Below, one piece after another: positions 40,834-51,131 of a DNA stretch of 56,779 bases (position 1 is its first letter; each line of letters starts with the position of its first letter). The DNA lies in contig CAZJGC010000004.1 in the NCBI GenBank assembly GCA_964545795.1, positions 1 through 56,779 on the forward strand. Reading direction: 5' to 3'. Source of the stretch: an uncultured archaeon. Lineage in GTDB: Archaea; Aenigmatarchaeota; Aenigmatarchaeia; Aenigmatarchaeales; DAIDAN01. The position numbers were made by a program, and so were the translations under genes. The notes under the pieces were generated by a model. It was given only the letters and a program-made list of their open reading frames with translations, was not told the DNA's origin and ran no database searches.

Positions 40834-41754
40834 TTATTTTAATTCTTCTTTTAGCGCAGATACAATTAAAGGAAATGCTATTGTGGCGTCGCAGTAGACA
40901 GTTGCTGTTTTTGCCTTTTCTTTTACTTTGCCCCATGATATTCCTTCTTCTAAAGTTGCTCCAGACAATCCTCCCCAATGCGGAGAGTCAGTGGTTATCT
41001 GCACAAGATAATCATGGGGTTTTTCTGGAAGAAGTGCTGATTGTATTGCATAATTTTTTGGCACTCCTCCGCCAAGTATAATTATGCCTGTTCTTTTTTT
41101 TGCTGAGCGAAGTTCATACATATAGTCAAATATTTTTGTCAGGTCTTTAATTTCATTTATTCTCAAATCATGGTCTTGCTGGTGCATCCATATCTGAAAT
41201 CCAAGAATGCTGTCGCTTATTGCAGGACAATATATTGGAATATTCTTTTTTGCAGCAGTGCCGACTATGGAATTTTTGTCTTTTATTTTCTTGCCTATTT
41301 TGTAAATTAATTCTGAAGGAGTTAATTCTCCTGTTATTTCTGAAAGAATTTTTTGCATTTCTCTTTCAAAAGTAATGGATGAACTGTCGGGAGATACAAT
41401 ATCATATATTCTTGAGGAGTGTTTTTTTCTTAATTCAATATCGCTTTCTCCATGCCAGTACAAGTATTCCTCTCCAAAGGCATTTGCTAAGTCATGGGTT
41501 AGATTTGCGCCTGTTGAAATAATTGCCTGAACCCAGTTGTTTTTTATGCATTCTGATATGCAATTTCTAAGGCCTGCCGGGACAATTGCGCCTGACAAAG
41601 TGAGAATTGTATCGCATTTTTTATCAGTAATCATCTGTTTGCATATTTCATATGCTTCTCCAAGTTTTCTTGCCTGAAATGCTCCTGCAGCAAATTGATT
41701 AAGTATTTGAGATGCTGTTTGTTTTTTTGGTTGGAACGGTTTTATTGATTTCAT
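40834..41754 (-). CDS. dys: Deoxyhypusine synthase
   Basis: ISTGANLTHD, CPAISDS, LGGGVPKN, GGLSGATLEEGISWGKV, DATIAFP. Confidence 0.93.
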   Translation of the reverse strand: MKSIKPFQPKKQTASQILNQFAAGAFQARKLGEAYEICKQMITDKKCDTILTLSGAIVPAGLRNCISECIKNNWVQAIISTGANLTHDLANAFGEEYLYWHGESDIELRKKHSSRIYDIVSPDSSSITFEREMQKILSEITGELTPSELIYKIGKKIKDKNSIVGTAAKKNIPIYCPAISDSILGFQIWMHQQDHDLRINEIKDLTKIFDYMYELRSAKKRTGIIILGGGVPKNYAIQSALLPEKPHDYLVQITTDSPHWGGLSGATLEEGISWGKVKEKAKTATVYCDATIAFPLIVSALKEELK

Positions 41755-41837
41755 AAATAGAACTTGTTATATGTGTTTAAATAATTTTGTTGAAATAAAT
41801 AAGAAACCTTTTTTAATCTCCCAAACCATCTATATTT

Positions 41838-42873
41838 ATGAAAGCAATCTCTGCAATAATAGTTGTTGTTCTCTTATTGCTAATTTCCATTTCTCTAATC
41901 TCTGTTGTTTATGTATGGTCTTCTGCCCTTACAGGAACAGTGACATCAACAACAGAGGAAACAACATCAGAACTTACAAAGCAGTTGTCAGGTTGTTTGA
42001 AAATAGATGCAATATCCAAAAACCAGATATACTTGAGAAACTGCGGAAAAGGCGTTATCACAAACAATTCATTGTCGGTATTCATAGATGACGTGAAGGT
42101 GGGACACTCTGTTGAAGAGATAGGAGAAGACCAGACAGGAACAGTAAACATATCAGGTTTGTGGCAGTTTTCCCTTAGTACACACAACCTGAAATTAACA
42201 AACGGAGCAGCCTTTGTCCAAGCCCTTATAGAACTGGAGCCTAATAAAGACGGTCTGGTTGGATACTGGAGTTTTGACGAAGGTTCAGGCAATAAAATTT
42301 ATGACAAATCAGGGAATGGAAATGATGGAAGTCTTCTGCCATCAGGTTCAGGACCAATATGGACAGCAGGAAAGTTTGGCTCTGCTTTGCAGTTTGACGG
42401 AACAGATGATTATGTGAATAGTTCAAAACAGGTAGATTTTGATTTAAATTCTCATGACATTACTCTGTCTGTCTGGATAAAACCGGAATATAGATTAGTT
42501 AATCCTTCGTGGGCAAGTTGGCAAATTGTTGGAAGATGGGCATATTTGGCTTTAGGTATTGCAGGTTCTTCAACTAATATTAAAATTGGAATGTATTTGA
42601 ATGGCTTTGCAACATGGTATTCTATTGGCAACAAATGGAGCCAATGGATTCATATTGTTTCAGTTTATCACAAAGCTTCTAATTTAAGAGATCTGTATTT
42701 AGATGGCAGATACATTGCAACTGACAATACCTGGTAATTCTGGAGATTATACAGGTTATATGGTTGTTGGTAAAAACAATTATAATGACGTTCCGTATGG
42801 CATAATAGACGAAGTCCGGATCTGGAACCGCGCATTGACGCCAGACCAGACAGTTGTTATGAAAATGGTTTGA
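41838..42873 (+). pseudogene. Pilin-LamG cassette copy 3, frameshifted near 42725
   Basis: ORF stops at 42737, but the conserved C-terminus IDEVRIWNRALTPDQTVVMKMV* continues in the +1 frame to 42873. Confidence 0.82.
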
Positions 42874-42895
42874 TATAAGTTAAGAACAGCAAAAA

Positions 42896-43300
42896 TTATT
42901 TGCTCTTTATCTGCACCAATATTCTTTTTCCCATGACGTCCCAGTAAAGAACCTCAGCCCCTTGAGTAATATGAGATTTTAATTCTTCTGGAATTGGGGA
43001 TTCAAATGTTTCATATGTTTCCATGTCCATTAGTTGAGCAGTTTCACCCATTAATGCAACAACCTGAGCAGACTTTTTTTCAATAATAGGCACATCTATT
43101 GGCGCGTCAGCAGGTTTTACTATGCTTCTTTTTTTGTTGTCAAAAAGCCCTATTGCATCAAGCCTTGCTTTTGCTGCTCCGTGTTTGCCTGAAACAGAAG
43201 TTGTAACAGACAAAACCTTGCATGGCTCGCCTTCTATTATGCAATACCTTCCCGGCTTCAAAGCTTTGATAGCTGTTTTTGTTGTTGCCATTTTTACCAT
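42896..43300 (-). CDS. eif5a: Translation factor aIF-5A
   Basis: SGKHGAAK hypusine loop; QLMDMETYETFE; start may be 43291. Confidence 0.95.
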   Translation of the reverse strand: MVKMATTKTAIKALKPGRYCIIEGEPCKVLSVTTSVSGKHGAAKARLDAIGLFDNKKRSIVKPADAPIDVPIIEKKSAQVVALMGETAQLMDMETYETFESPIPEELKSHITQGAEVLYWDVMGKRILVQIKSK

Positions 43301-43330
43301 CTTATAAATAAAGTATTATATTTAAATAGT

Positions 43331-43531
43331 TTATATTTTTCCGGCTGCAAGTCTTATGTCATCTTTTTTTATTGTTCTTCTTTTTGCATGCAGAGTTATT
43401 TCTACAACATCTTTTGCAAATTCATCAGCTATTTCTTCTGCTGTTTTTGCAATTTCTTTTAATGCTTCCGCGGATATTCGTTCAACTCCTGCTTTTCTTG
43501 CTATTCTTTCAACAGATGCCAAAGGAAGCAT
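43331..43531 (-). CDS. Archaeal histone
   Basis: LPLASVERI.RKAG.ERIS...HAKRRTIKKDDI.LA histone fold. Confidence 0.93.
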   Translation of the reverse strand: MLPLASVERIARKAGVERISAEALKEIAKTAEEIADEFAKDVVEITLHAKRRTIKKDDIRLAAGKI

Positions 43532-43583
43532 AGCAAGACTTGGTTTCTTATATTTAAATATTTTGGTGTAAAAATTAAGTAAT

Positions 43584-43928
43584 ATGATATGCGATGCGTC
43601 TGTTCTTCTTCATTGCGACTGCAATTTTCATATTAAGACAGTTCCTGATGTTTTGAGTGAGATAAAAAGCAAAAATTCAAGATTTTTGTTGGAATTTCGG
43701 GATATTGAACTAATTGAACCTGAAAGGGAGTTTTTAGAAAGGGTTGAAACTATTGCAAAAAGAAGCAGATTGTCATGTACTGACAAGAAGCTTATAGCTT
43801 TGGGCATGCAATTAAATGAACCTATTTTTACTGATGACCATGAAATTCAGAGAGTTGCTGCTATGCTTGGGTTAAAGACCAAAAATTTTCATTATAACCA
43901 TGCAAAAACTTTAAATAGATTAAGATAA
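43584..43928 (+). CDS. Short PIN-domain protein (Nob1-like)
   Basis: ICDAS, V..EI, LS.TD..LIAL, TDD..IQ.VA. Confidence 0.75.
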   Translation: MICDASVLLHCDCNFHIKTVPDVLSEIKSKNSRFLLEFRDIELIEPEREFLERVETIAKRSRLSCTDKKLIALGMQLNEPIFTDDHEIQRVAAMLGLKTKNFHYNHAKTLNRLR

Positions 43929-43978
43929 AATAAAAAATACCTAAAATAATAAATTGTAATTATAAAAGGTGATATAAA

Positions 43979-45244
43979 ATGGCAGAGAAACCACATATGA
44001 ATCTTATGACAATTGGTCATGTTGATCATGGGAAGTCTACCTTGGTTGGCAGGTTGCTGTTTGACACAGGCAACCTCAGCGATGAAATAATGAGAAAGTT
44101 GAAAGAAGAGGCAAAGGAGAAAAAGAAAGAAACTTTTGAGTTTGCTTTTGCTATGGATAAACTTAAAGAAGAAAGAGAAAGAGGAGTTACAATAGATATT
44201 CAGCACCAGAGATTTGATACTCCGAGATATTATTACACAATAATTGATGCTCCTGGGCACAGAGATTTTGTAAAAAATATGATAACAGGAGCAAGTCAGG
44301 CAGATGCTGCCATACTTGTGTGTTCTGTAAAGGATGGAATTCAGGAACAGACAAAAGAGCATGTGTTTTTAATAAAGGTTCTTGGAGTTGGACAGCTTCT
44401 TGTTGCATTAAATAAGATGGATGAAGTAAATTATGACGAATCAAAGTTCAAAACTGTTAAGGAGGATGTTGAGAAGCTGCTTAAGAGTGTAGGATATGAT
44501 ACAAGCAAGATTCTTTTCATACCAACTTCTGCTTATAAAGGAGATAACGTGGCAAAGAAGTCAGAGAATATGCCATGGTATACAGGTCCTACTGTGTTTG
44601 AGGCTCTTGACAAGTTTGAAGTTCCGCCACAGCCAATAGACAAGCCTTTAAGATTGCCTGTTCAGGATGTTTATTCAATAACAGGTATAGGCACAGTTCC
44701 TGTTGGCAGAGTGGAAACAGGCGTGCTTAAGGTTGGGCAAAATGTTATCTTCCAACCTTCTGGAGCAAAAGGTGAGGTTAAGAGCATAGAAATGCATCAT
44801 GAACAGATACAGGAAGCAAAACCAGGAGACAATATTGGTTTTTCTGTAAGAGGAGTTGGAAAGAGCGACATAAAGAGAGGAGATGTTGCAGGAGATGTAT
44901 CAAATCCGCCTACAGTGGCAAAGGAATTTACAGCGCAGATAATTGTGTTAAACCATCCTTCTGTAATAACAAAGGGATACACTCCTGTGTTCCATGTGCA
45001 TACGTCTCAGGTCGCATGTAAGATTACTGAGATATTAAAGAAGATTGACCCGAAGACAGGACAAGTTATACAGGAGAACCCAGATTTTATCAAAACAGGA
45101 GATGCTGCTATAGTCAAGTGCGTTCCAACAAAACCTCTTGTAATTGAAAGCAGCAAAGAAATGCCTGAACTTTCAAGGTTTGCAATAAGAGACATGGGCC
45201 AGACAGTTGCAGCAGGAATATGTCTTGAAGTTGTATCTTCGTAA
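43979..45244 (+). CDS. tuf: Elongation factor 1-alpha
   Basis: [51 protein letters not shown]. Confidence 0.98.
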   Translation: MAEKPHMNLMTIGHVDHGKSTLVGRLLFDTGNLSDEIMRKLKEEAKEKKKETFEFAFAMDKLKEERERGVTIDIQHQRFDTPRYYYTIIDAPGHRDFVKNMITGASQADAAILVCSVKDGIQEQTKEHVFLIKVLGVGQLLVALNKMDEVNYDESKFKTVKEDVEKLLKSVGYDTSKILFIPTSAYKGDNVAKKSENMPWYTGPTVFEALDKFEVPPQPIDKPLRLPVQDVYSITGIGTVPVGRVETGVLKVGQNVIFQPSGAKGEVKSIEMHHEQIQEAKPGDNIGFSVRGVGKSDIKRGDVAGDVSNPPTVAKEFTAQIIVLNHPSVITKGYTPVFHVHTSQVACKITEILKKIDPKTGQVIQENPDFIKTGDAAIVKCVPTKPLVIESSKEMPELSRFAIRDMGQTVAAGICLEVVSS

Positions 45245-45254
45245 AAATATGCAA

Positions 45255-45290
45255 AGTAGGGTTCAGCCCTACTGAATTTTTTATTTTTGT
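45255..45290 (+). terminator. Hairpin plus T-tract after tuf
   Basis: AGTAGGG-TTCAG-CCCTACT followed by a T-rich run. Confidence 0.6.
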
Positions 45291-45396
45291 TTTCTGTTTT
45301 GCTTCTCAATTTTTAGTAAAGAATATAAATGTTTAAAAGAAATAAGTTAGTAACAAGTATTAAATACTTAATTGTCAATATAAAAAAAGTGGTTTT

Positions 45397-45717
45397 ATGC
45401 AGAAGGCAAGAATAAAACTAAGAAGCACGCATATAGACAGGCTTGATGAAGTTTGCAATCAAATAAAGGAGATTGCAAAGAAGTTTGGGGTTCCAATGAA
45501 GGGTCCCGTGCCTTTGCCAACAAAGAAACTCAGAGTTACAACATTAAAAACTCCGTGTGGAGACGGAACAGGACATGGCAATGCCACGTTTGACAGATTT
45601 GAAATGAGAATACATAAAAGAATAATTGATGTCGGCGCTGATGAGAGAACATTAAGGCAGATTATGAGAGTTGACATTCCTGACAGCGTTCATATTTCTA
45701 TTGAGTTAAAAGAGTGA
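45397..45717 (+). CDS. rps10: 30S ribosomal protein S10 (uS10)
   Basis: [18 protein letters not shown]...[14 protein letters not shown]. Confidence 0.96.
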   Translation: MQKARIKLRSTHIDRLDEVCNQIKEIAKKFGVPMKGPVPLPTKKLRVTTLKTPCGDGTGHGNATFDRFEMRIHKRIIDVGADERTLRQIMRVDIPDSVHISIELKE

Positions 45718-45756
45718 ATATTTTTAAATGTTCTTGTTTCTATATATGAAATGTAT

Positions 45757-45882
45757 GCAGGGATAGCAAAGCCAGGTAATGCGCCAGCCTGGAAAATTAT
45801 GGCAGTGAGCTGGTTTCCGTCAAGGATGCGTGAGTGAGTCTTTAAAAAGGCTCCATGATTTCAAATCTCACTCCCTGCGCCA
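45757..45882 (+). tRNA. tRNA-Ser(GGA) with two introns (37/38 and 53/54)
   Basis: GCAGGGA/TCCCTGC-G-CCA; CCAGC-CT-GGA-AA-GCTGG; long variable arm; inserts 45795-45807 and 45835-45859; usual position after tuf-rps10. Confidence 0.88.
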
Positions 45883-45891
45883 TTTGCGATT

Positions 45892-46022
45892 GGGCCCGTA
45901 GTATAGCTGGGCTTTTTAAAGCTACTAGATTGGTCTATTATTCCTGCCTTGGGAGCAGGGGACCCCTGATTTTGAATGGGGAGTTCAAAAACCTGATAAT
46001 GAAATTCAGGGCGGGCCCACCA
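45892..46022 (+). tRNA. tRNA-Pro(TGG) with three introns (D-loop, 53/54, 59/60)
   Basis: GGGCCCG/CGGGCCC-A-CCA; CCTGC-CT-TGG-GA-GCAGG; inserts ~45909-45930, 45969-45983 and 45990-46005. Confidence 0.87.
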
Positions 46023-46090
46023 AAATAAGGGATTGTGGAGAACACATATTCTTTAAAAAACTATATACATAAGAAATTTCAAAAATAATT

Positions 46091-47476
46091 ATGGCAAAGA
46101 ATATTGATATTGTTATAAAGAAAGTTCTAAAGAAAATAAGACCTTCTGTTGAAGAGCAGAGAAGGGTAAAAGAGCTTTCTAAAATGATAATGAAGGCAGG
46201 AAGAAAGTTTTCAGATATTTATGGAATGAAGCCCATGTTATGCGGTTCAGTTGCAAAGAACACATGGCTTCTTCCTGCTGAACTTGATTTGTTTTTGCTT
46301 TTTCCTGAAAACCTCCCAAAAAAGAAACTGGAAGAATATGGGTTAAAGGTAGCGAAGGATATAATAAAGGAAATGAAAGGAAAATATAAAATTTCATACA
46401 GCGAACACCCATATCTGACAGGTGTTGTAAAGTATAGAAATTCTTTATATGCAATTGACATTGTTCCATGCTATAACATAAAAGGAGGCATAAAGAAAAT
46501 AAAATCTGCAGTTGACAGGACTCCTTATCATGTGAAATACATTCTCAAGAATCTCAAGAATCCTGATGAAGTCAGATTATTGAAGAAGTTTTGCATTGCC
46601 AGAGAGTGTTATGGCGCTGATTTGAAAGTTCAGGGGTTTTCGGGATATTTGTGCGAACTTCTTGTTGTAAAATTTGGAAGTTTTATTAATGTAGTAAGAA
46701 ATGCAACGCAGTGGCGTGCCGGAGTATTTCTTGGCAAAGGCGAAAAAAGTTTGGAATTTGAAAGGTCAGCTCTTATTCTGCCAGATCCTGTAGATAAAAA
46801 TAGAAATGTTGCTTCTGCTCTTTCCATAGAGACATTTTACAGGTTTGTAAAATCATGCAAAGAATTCCTGAAAAATCCGGATGAGTCGTTTTTTGAGAAA
46901 GATGCAAAAAAACCTTATACAATAAGTGAGATTAAGAATAAAATAAAATCAAGGGGCACAACATGGTATGCAATAAGGTTTAAGAAGCCAGACGTAGGCG
47001 ATGACATACTATATTCGCAAATGAGAAAGTTTTTGTCCAGAATACGAAGCATGGCTAATGAGGAAGAATTTAAGATATTCAGAATTGATTTTTATGTTGG
47101 CAGCAAATATTGCGTTGCAGTTATAGAAATGGAGACATGGATGCTGCCGGGTCTTGTAAAGCATGTTGGCCCTGATGTTTTTTCCAAGCATGCGGAAGAA
47201 TTTCTGAAACATTATAAACAATACAATGTTTTTCTTGAAGATAACAAGTGGGTTGTGGAGTATCCAAGAGAAAACAAAACATTTATTGAGTTTCTTAAGC
47301 AGTTGCTGAAAGGCGATTTGAAGAAAAAAGGCATACCTTCCAGAATAGCACCTGCTCTTAAATATTGCGAGGTTTTTTCAGGCGAAAAATTTATAGAATT
47401 GGTGAAAAAAATGCCTGAGAGTTTCAGGGTTTTTATGAGAGAATATTTTGAAAAAAATCTTAACGTGAGTGATTAA
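46091..47476 (+). CDS. cca: Archaeal class I CCA-adding enzyme
   Basis: GSVAKNTWL...ELDLF, YSEHPY, IDIVPCY, SAVDRTPYH, GFSGYLCELL, DPVD..RNVA. Confidence 0.94.
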   Translation: MAKNIDIVIKKVLKKIRPSVEEQRRVKELSKMIMKAGRKFSDIYGMKPMLCGSVAKNTWLLPAELDLFLLFPENLPKKKLEEYGLKVAKDIIKEMKGKYKISYSEHPYLTGVVKYRNSLYAIDIVPCYNIKGGIKKIKSAVDRTPYHVKYILKNLKNPDEVRLLKKFCIARECYGADLKVQGFSGYLCELLVVKFGSFINVVRNATQWRAGVFLGKGEKSLEFERSALILPDPVDKNRNVASALSIETFYRFVKSCKEFLKNPDESFFEKDAKKPYTISEIKNKIKSRGTTWYAIRFKKPDVGDDILYSQMRKFLSRIRSMANEEEFKIFRIDFYVGSKYCVAVIEMETWMLPGLVKHVGPDVFSKHAEEFLKHYKQYNVFLEDNKWVVEYPRENKTFIEFLKQLLKGDLKKKGIPSRIAPALKYCEVFSGEKFIELVKKMPESFRVFMREYFEKNLNVSD

Positions 47477-48352
47477 ATGCAAATAGAAATAATATTTCTT
47501 GGCACTGGTTCAGGAATACCTACTATTAAAAGAAGCCATCCCGCTATATTAATAAATTATAATGGAGATTATTTGCTTTTTGATTGCGGCGAAAACTGCC
47601 AGATAGGGTTGCAGAAAGCAAAAGTTTCTCCTTTGAAAATAAACAGAATATTTATAACGCATTGGCATGCTGATCATTTTGCCGGACTTATACCTTTAAT
47701 AGAAACCATGCATCTGCTTAAGAGAGAAAAGCCGCTGTACATATATGCTCCAGACGCTTCGGAATTTGTGGATAGCATACTTGATATGAGTTACTGGAGC
47801 GCTGGTTTTGAATTGATAGCAAAGAATGTATCAGATTTCAAAAAAATATTTTCTTCAAAGAAGTATGATATATTTTCAATGCCTGTAAAACATTCGGTTC
47901 CGTCTTTCGGGTATATATTTCGGGAAAAAGGCAGATGGAATATTAATATGCAAAAAGCAAGAGAATATGGGTTGTCAGGAAAAGAACTGCAGGTTTTGAA
48001 AGAGAATAGAAAAATTAATAAGAATGGCAGAAATATAAAGCTTAAAGATGTTGCAGATTACACGAAAGGCAGGAAAATTATTTACTCGGGTGATACTGAA
48101 ATATACGAGGAAGTTTTTAAGAAAGCGTCAGGTTCTGTTCTTATACATGACAGCACATTTATTGATGAAGGCAGACATAAACATTCATCTGCAATAGATG
48201 TGGCTACATTGGCTAAAAATTATAAAGTTAAGAAATTAATTCTCACGCATTTTAGCAGAAGATATAAGAATATGTCTGTTTTCAAAAAGGCTATAGTTCC
48301 TATATTTAAGAATGTTATATTTGCAGAAGACGGAATGAGAGTGTTTATATAA
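47477..48352 (+). CDS. rnz: Ribonuclease Z
   Basis: FLGTGSGIPT, FDCGE, ITHWHADH, YSGDT, HDSTF, LTHFSRRY. Confidence 0.92.
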   Translation: MQIEIIFLGTGSGIPTIKRSHPAILINYNGDYLLFDCGENCQIGLQKAKVSPLKINRIFITHWHADHFAGLIPLIETMHLLKREKPLYIYAPDASEFVDSILDMSYWSAGFELIAKNVSDFKKIFSSKKYDIFSMPVKHSVPSFGYIFREKGRWNINMQKAREYGLSGKELQVLKENRKINKNGRNIKLKDVADYTKGRKIIYSGDTEIYEEVFKKASGSVLIHDSTFIDEGRHKHSSAIDVATLAKNYKVKKLILTHFSRRYKNMSVFKKAIVPIFKNVIFAEDGMRVFI

Positions 48353-48377
48353 ATATTTTTAATGCAAACTGGTATGC

Positions 48378-49283
48378 ATGAACAAGGAACTTCTTGAAAA
48401 GCAAAAATATAAAATTGTAGGAAGGCACAGTGCTGTGAAGCTTTGCTTATGGACAAAGGAATCTATAAAGACAGGAGGCGCAAAGCATTGTTATAAGCAG
48501 AAATTTTATCCGGACATTGTAAAAAGCCATTTGTGCATGCAATGCACTCCTGCTGTTTCATGGTGCACGCTTCGTTGTCAATATTGCTGGAGACCTGTTG
48601 CCGATACAACTACAGGAGCAGGTATGGGAGATGAAGATGAGCCTGTAACAATAATAGAGGACATGATAAAATCCCAAAGGCAGTTGCTTTCGGGTTTGGG
48701 AGGAGTTCCGCATTCTGAGAAACTTTTGAAAGAAGCGAACAATCCAAAAAATGTTGCATTATCATTGTCAGGAGAGCCCTTTTGCTATTCAAGAATAGGC
48801 GAATTAATTAGGGAGTTTCACAGGAGAAAAATGACAACATTTGTGGTTACAAATGGCACTTTTCCTGAAAGAGTTGAATCGCTTGATGAACTGCCTGTGC
48901 AATTTTATGTTTCTCTATGTTCAAATTCAAAGGAAATGTTTAAGAAAGTTCATAGTCCTTTGATAAATGACGGCTGGGAAAGATTAATGAAAACATTAGA
49001 GATATTCAGCGGTTTGAAGACAAGAACTGTTGTGAGGTTGACTCTTGCAAGACATCTTAATTTCTCAAAACCCGATGAATATGCAAAACTTATAAGGAAG
49101 GCGTCCCCAAGATTTGTTGAAATAAAGGCTGCAATGCCTGTTGGTTTTGCAAGCTACAGAATGCAATACAACCAGATGTTAAGGCATGAGGAAATAAAGG
49201 AATTTTCTGAACTTATTGCAAAAGAATCCGGATATGAGATTGTTAATGAGAAAAAAGATAGCAGAGTTGTTCTTCTTCAGTAA
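48378..49283 (+). CDS. taw1: 4-demethylwyosine synthase (radical SAM)
   Basis: HSAVKLCLWT, CYKQKFY, CTLRCQYCWR, LSLSGEP, VTNGT. Confidence 0.93.
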   Translation: MNKELLEKQKYKIVGRHSAVKLCLWTKESIKTGGAKHCYKQKFYPDIVKSHLCMQCTPAVSWCTLRCQYCWRPVADTTTGAGMGDEDEPVTIIEDMIKSQRQLLSGLGGVPHSEKLLKEANNPKNVALSLSGEPFCYSRIGELIREFHRRKMTTFVVTNGTFPERVESLDELPVQFYVSLCSNSKEMFKKVHSPLINDGWERLMKTLEIFSGLKTRTVVRLTLARHLNFSKPDEYAKLIRKASPRFVEIKAAMPVGFASYRMQYNQMLRHEEIKEFSELIAKESGYEIVNEKKDSRVVLLQ

Positions 49284-49849
49284 ACATTTATTTTTAATGT
49301 TGTCGTATCTTCTGAAACTCTCTCTCTTTCTATTTCTATGTTTTTTCCAACAAGTTTTTCAGGGCTGTAAAAATTTACAAAAAGAACGCCTTTAGGCATT
49401 AAGTCATAGTTCTTTGTTCCCGAAACGCTTGTAATTTTTATGTTTCCTTCCATTAGGATTACATCATTCTTTGGATACAACCATCTTAACTGATAAACAA
49501 CTCCGGATATGCACCTTTGCCACACTTGTTTGTCTCTTTCAACTAACGACCAGTCATGTTCGCTGCATATTACGTTGTTGCTTGAAACAGTATAATATAT
49601 TCCGTCTTTTTTGACTTCAAGTTGACCTTTTGATATTGATATAAAACATTTGTTTATTGAACCTGTTCTTGCTGTTTCAAGGATTTTGTCATTGCACTTT
49701 AACATGTCTGCTTTCACTGATTCTATTTCTGACAATTCCAGTGAAGAATGAATAGATTTGTATGTCCATGGAACAACTGATAATATAACTCCGATACTGA
49801 TTACTGCTATCATTGCTGCCTGCAGCAGCATGCTAAGCGCTTTTTTCAT
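49277..49849 (-). CDS. Type IV pilin-like protein (class III signal peptide)
   Basis: MKKA|LSMLL followed by a hydrophobic helix ending PW. Confidence 0.65.
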   Translation of the reverse strand: MKKALSMLLQAAMIAVISIGVILSVVPWTYKSIHSSLELSEIESVKADMLKCNDKILETARTGSINKCFISISKGQLEVKKDGIYYTVSSNNVICSEHDWSLVERDKQVWQRCISGVVYQLRWLYPKNDVILMEGNIKITSVSGTKNYDLMPKGVLFVNFYSPEKLVGKNIEIERERVSEDTTTLKINVY

Positions 49850-50010
49850 AAAATAAAATGAAATCTTTATTATAAAAAGTTTTTTATCTAATGTAAAAGA
49901 TGCTCTTCAATGCAGATATGCATAAGATTTATAAATAAGTTTATTGAAATTAAAGATAAGAACATGTTTATTAAACACTTTAAAATAAATAAAATAAGAG
50001 GGGTGTAAAA

Positions 50011-50661
50011 ATGGTAGTGAGTCTGGAGGCAATGCTTTTAGGTTTATGGGCAATCTTGATAGAAAGCATACCTGGCGTGGTTGGTGCTACTTTAACGCTT
50101 GTTATAGGTTTTATAATAGGCAAGATAGCAGGCAAGATAGTAAAAGAAATTCTTGTAAGGTCAAATGTAGATAGTTATGTATCCAAGACCGACCATCTAA
50201 ATATAGAACTTTCTAAAATTGGTGCTCTTGTGACAAAATGGATAATATATCTTGTATTCATAGAACAGGCATTCTTGTTCTTGGGAGTTACAGCAATAAC
50301 AGATTTTATAGGAGTTGTCGTTGCTTATATCTCGCAGGTAATATTCGCATCTGTTGCCATATTGATAGGATATTCTCTGGCAGTTTATTTCAAGGACAAA
50401 ATAGTAACATCAAGGACGCTCTATTCTGACATAGTTGGTAAGACAGTGTTCTTCCTTATAGTCTATTTATCCATAGCAATAGGACTAAAGTTTATAACAG
50501 TATTAAATACAACAATAATAGATTACTTGCTGCTGATAATAGTGGCTTCTGTTGGTTTGGGTTTGGCAATTGCATTGGGTCTTGGATTAAAAGATGTAGT
50601 AGCAGCAGCAGCAAGCGACTTTGTAAAAAAGAAGACAATAAAGGCTGTAAGGAAGAAATAA
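50011..50661 (+). CDS. Conserved TM-helix repeat membrane protein (CmpX/MscS-associated type)
   Basis: IPGVVGA..L..G.IIGK; second repeat ISQVIFASVAILIG; C-terminal GLAIALGLG.KD. Confidence 0.75.
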   Translation: MVVSLEAMLLGLWAILIESIPGVVGATLTLVIGFIIGKIAGKIVKEILVRSNVDSYVSKTDHLNIELSKIGALVTKWIIYLVFIEQAFLFLGVTAITDFIGVVVAYISQVIFASVAILIGYSLAVYFKDKIVTSRTLYSDIVGKTVFFLIVYLSIAIGLKFITVLNTTIIDYLLLIIVASVGLGLAIALGLGLKDVVAAAASDFVKKKTIKAVRKK

Positions 50662-50687
50662 ATGGGAACTTTTGTTCCCATTTTTTT
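50660..50687 (+). terminator. Hairpin plus T-tract
   Basis: AAATGGGAAC-TTTT-GTTCCCATTT followed by Ts. Confidence 0.65.
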
Positions 50688-50719
50688 AACTTTTTAAATA
50701 CTGACATCAATTTTAAAAT

Positions 50720-51094
50720 ATGGAAATACTTCAATATTTGAATTATCTGCCATTGAATGGCGAAGTTGTTTTTCTTGCTGTTTCTACTTTATTGACAGGG
50801 GGCATAATTTATTTTTGGATGAGATTTTATCATGAACCGCCCCATCCATTTCATGCACTGCTTGTTGGGTTTATAGCAAATTTTCAGAATTTTGTTATAC
50901 CATTTCTTGTTTTGTATCTGCCAATACCTTACGTATTTCAGGTTGCGCCTATTCTGTTTTGGATACTGATTATAAGAATATTTTATTTGGATATTGGCTG
51001 GAAACATGTTATTGCCATAAGCCTGCTTTCCTATGGCACGTTTGCTTTGCTTGAAATTTCCGGTGTTATCGGAATTATATATTCAATGCTCTAA
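50720..51094 (+). CDS. Small polytopic membrane protein
   Basis: Four hydrophobic segments. Confidence 0.65.
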   Translation: MEILQYLNYLPLNGEVVFLAVSTLLTGGIIYFWMRFYHEPPHPFHALLVGFIANFQNFVIPFLVLYLPIPYVFQVAPILFWILIIRIFYLDIGWKHVIAISLLSYGTFALLEISGVIGIIYSML

Positions 51095-51131
51095 AGTTAG
51101 AAAGAAATATTAGAAAATTAATAATAAAAGT

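Noticed and set aside
35788-42873. Diversity-generating retroelement as the source of pilin-LamG variation
   Set aside because: Differences are not adenine-specific, the variable cores are wholesale different, and no reverse transcriptase or TR/VR pair is visible.
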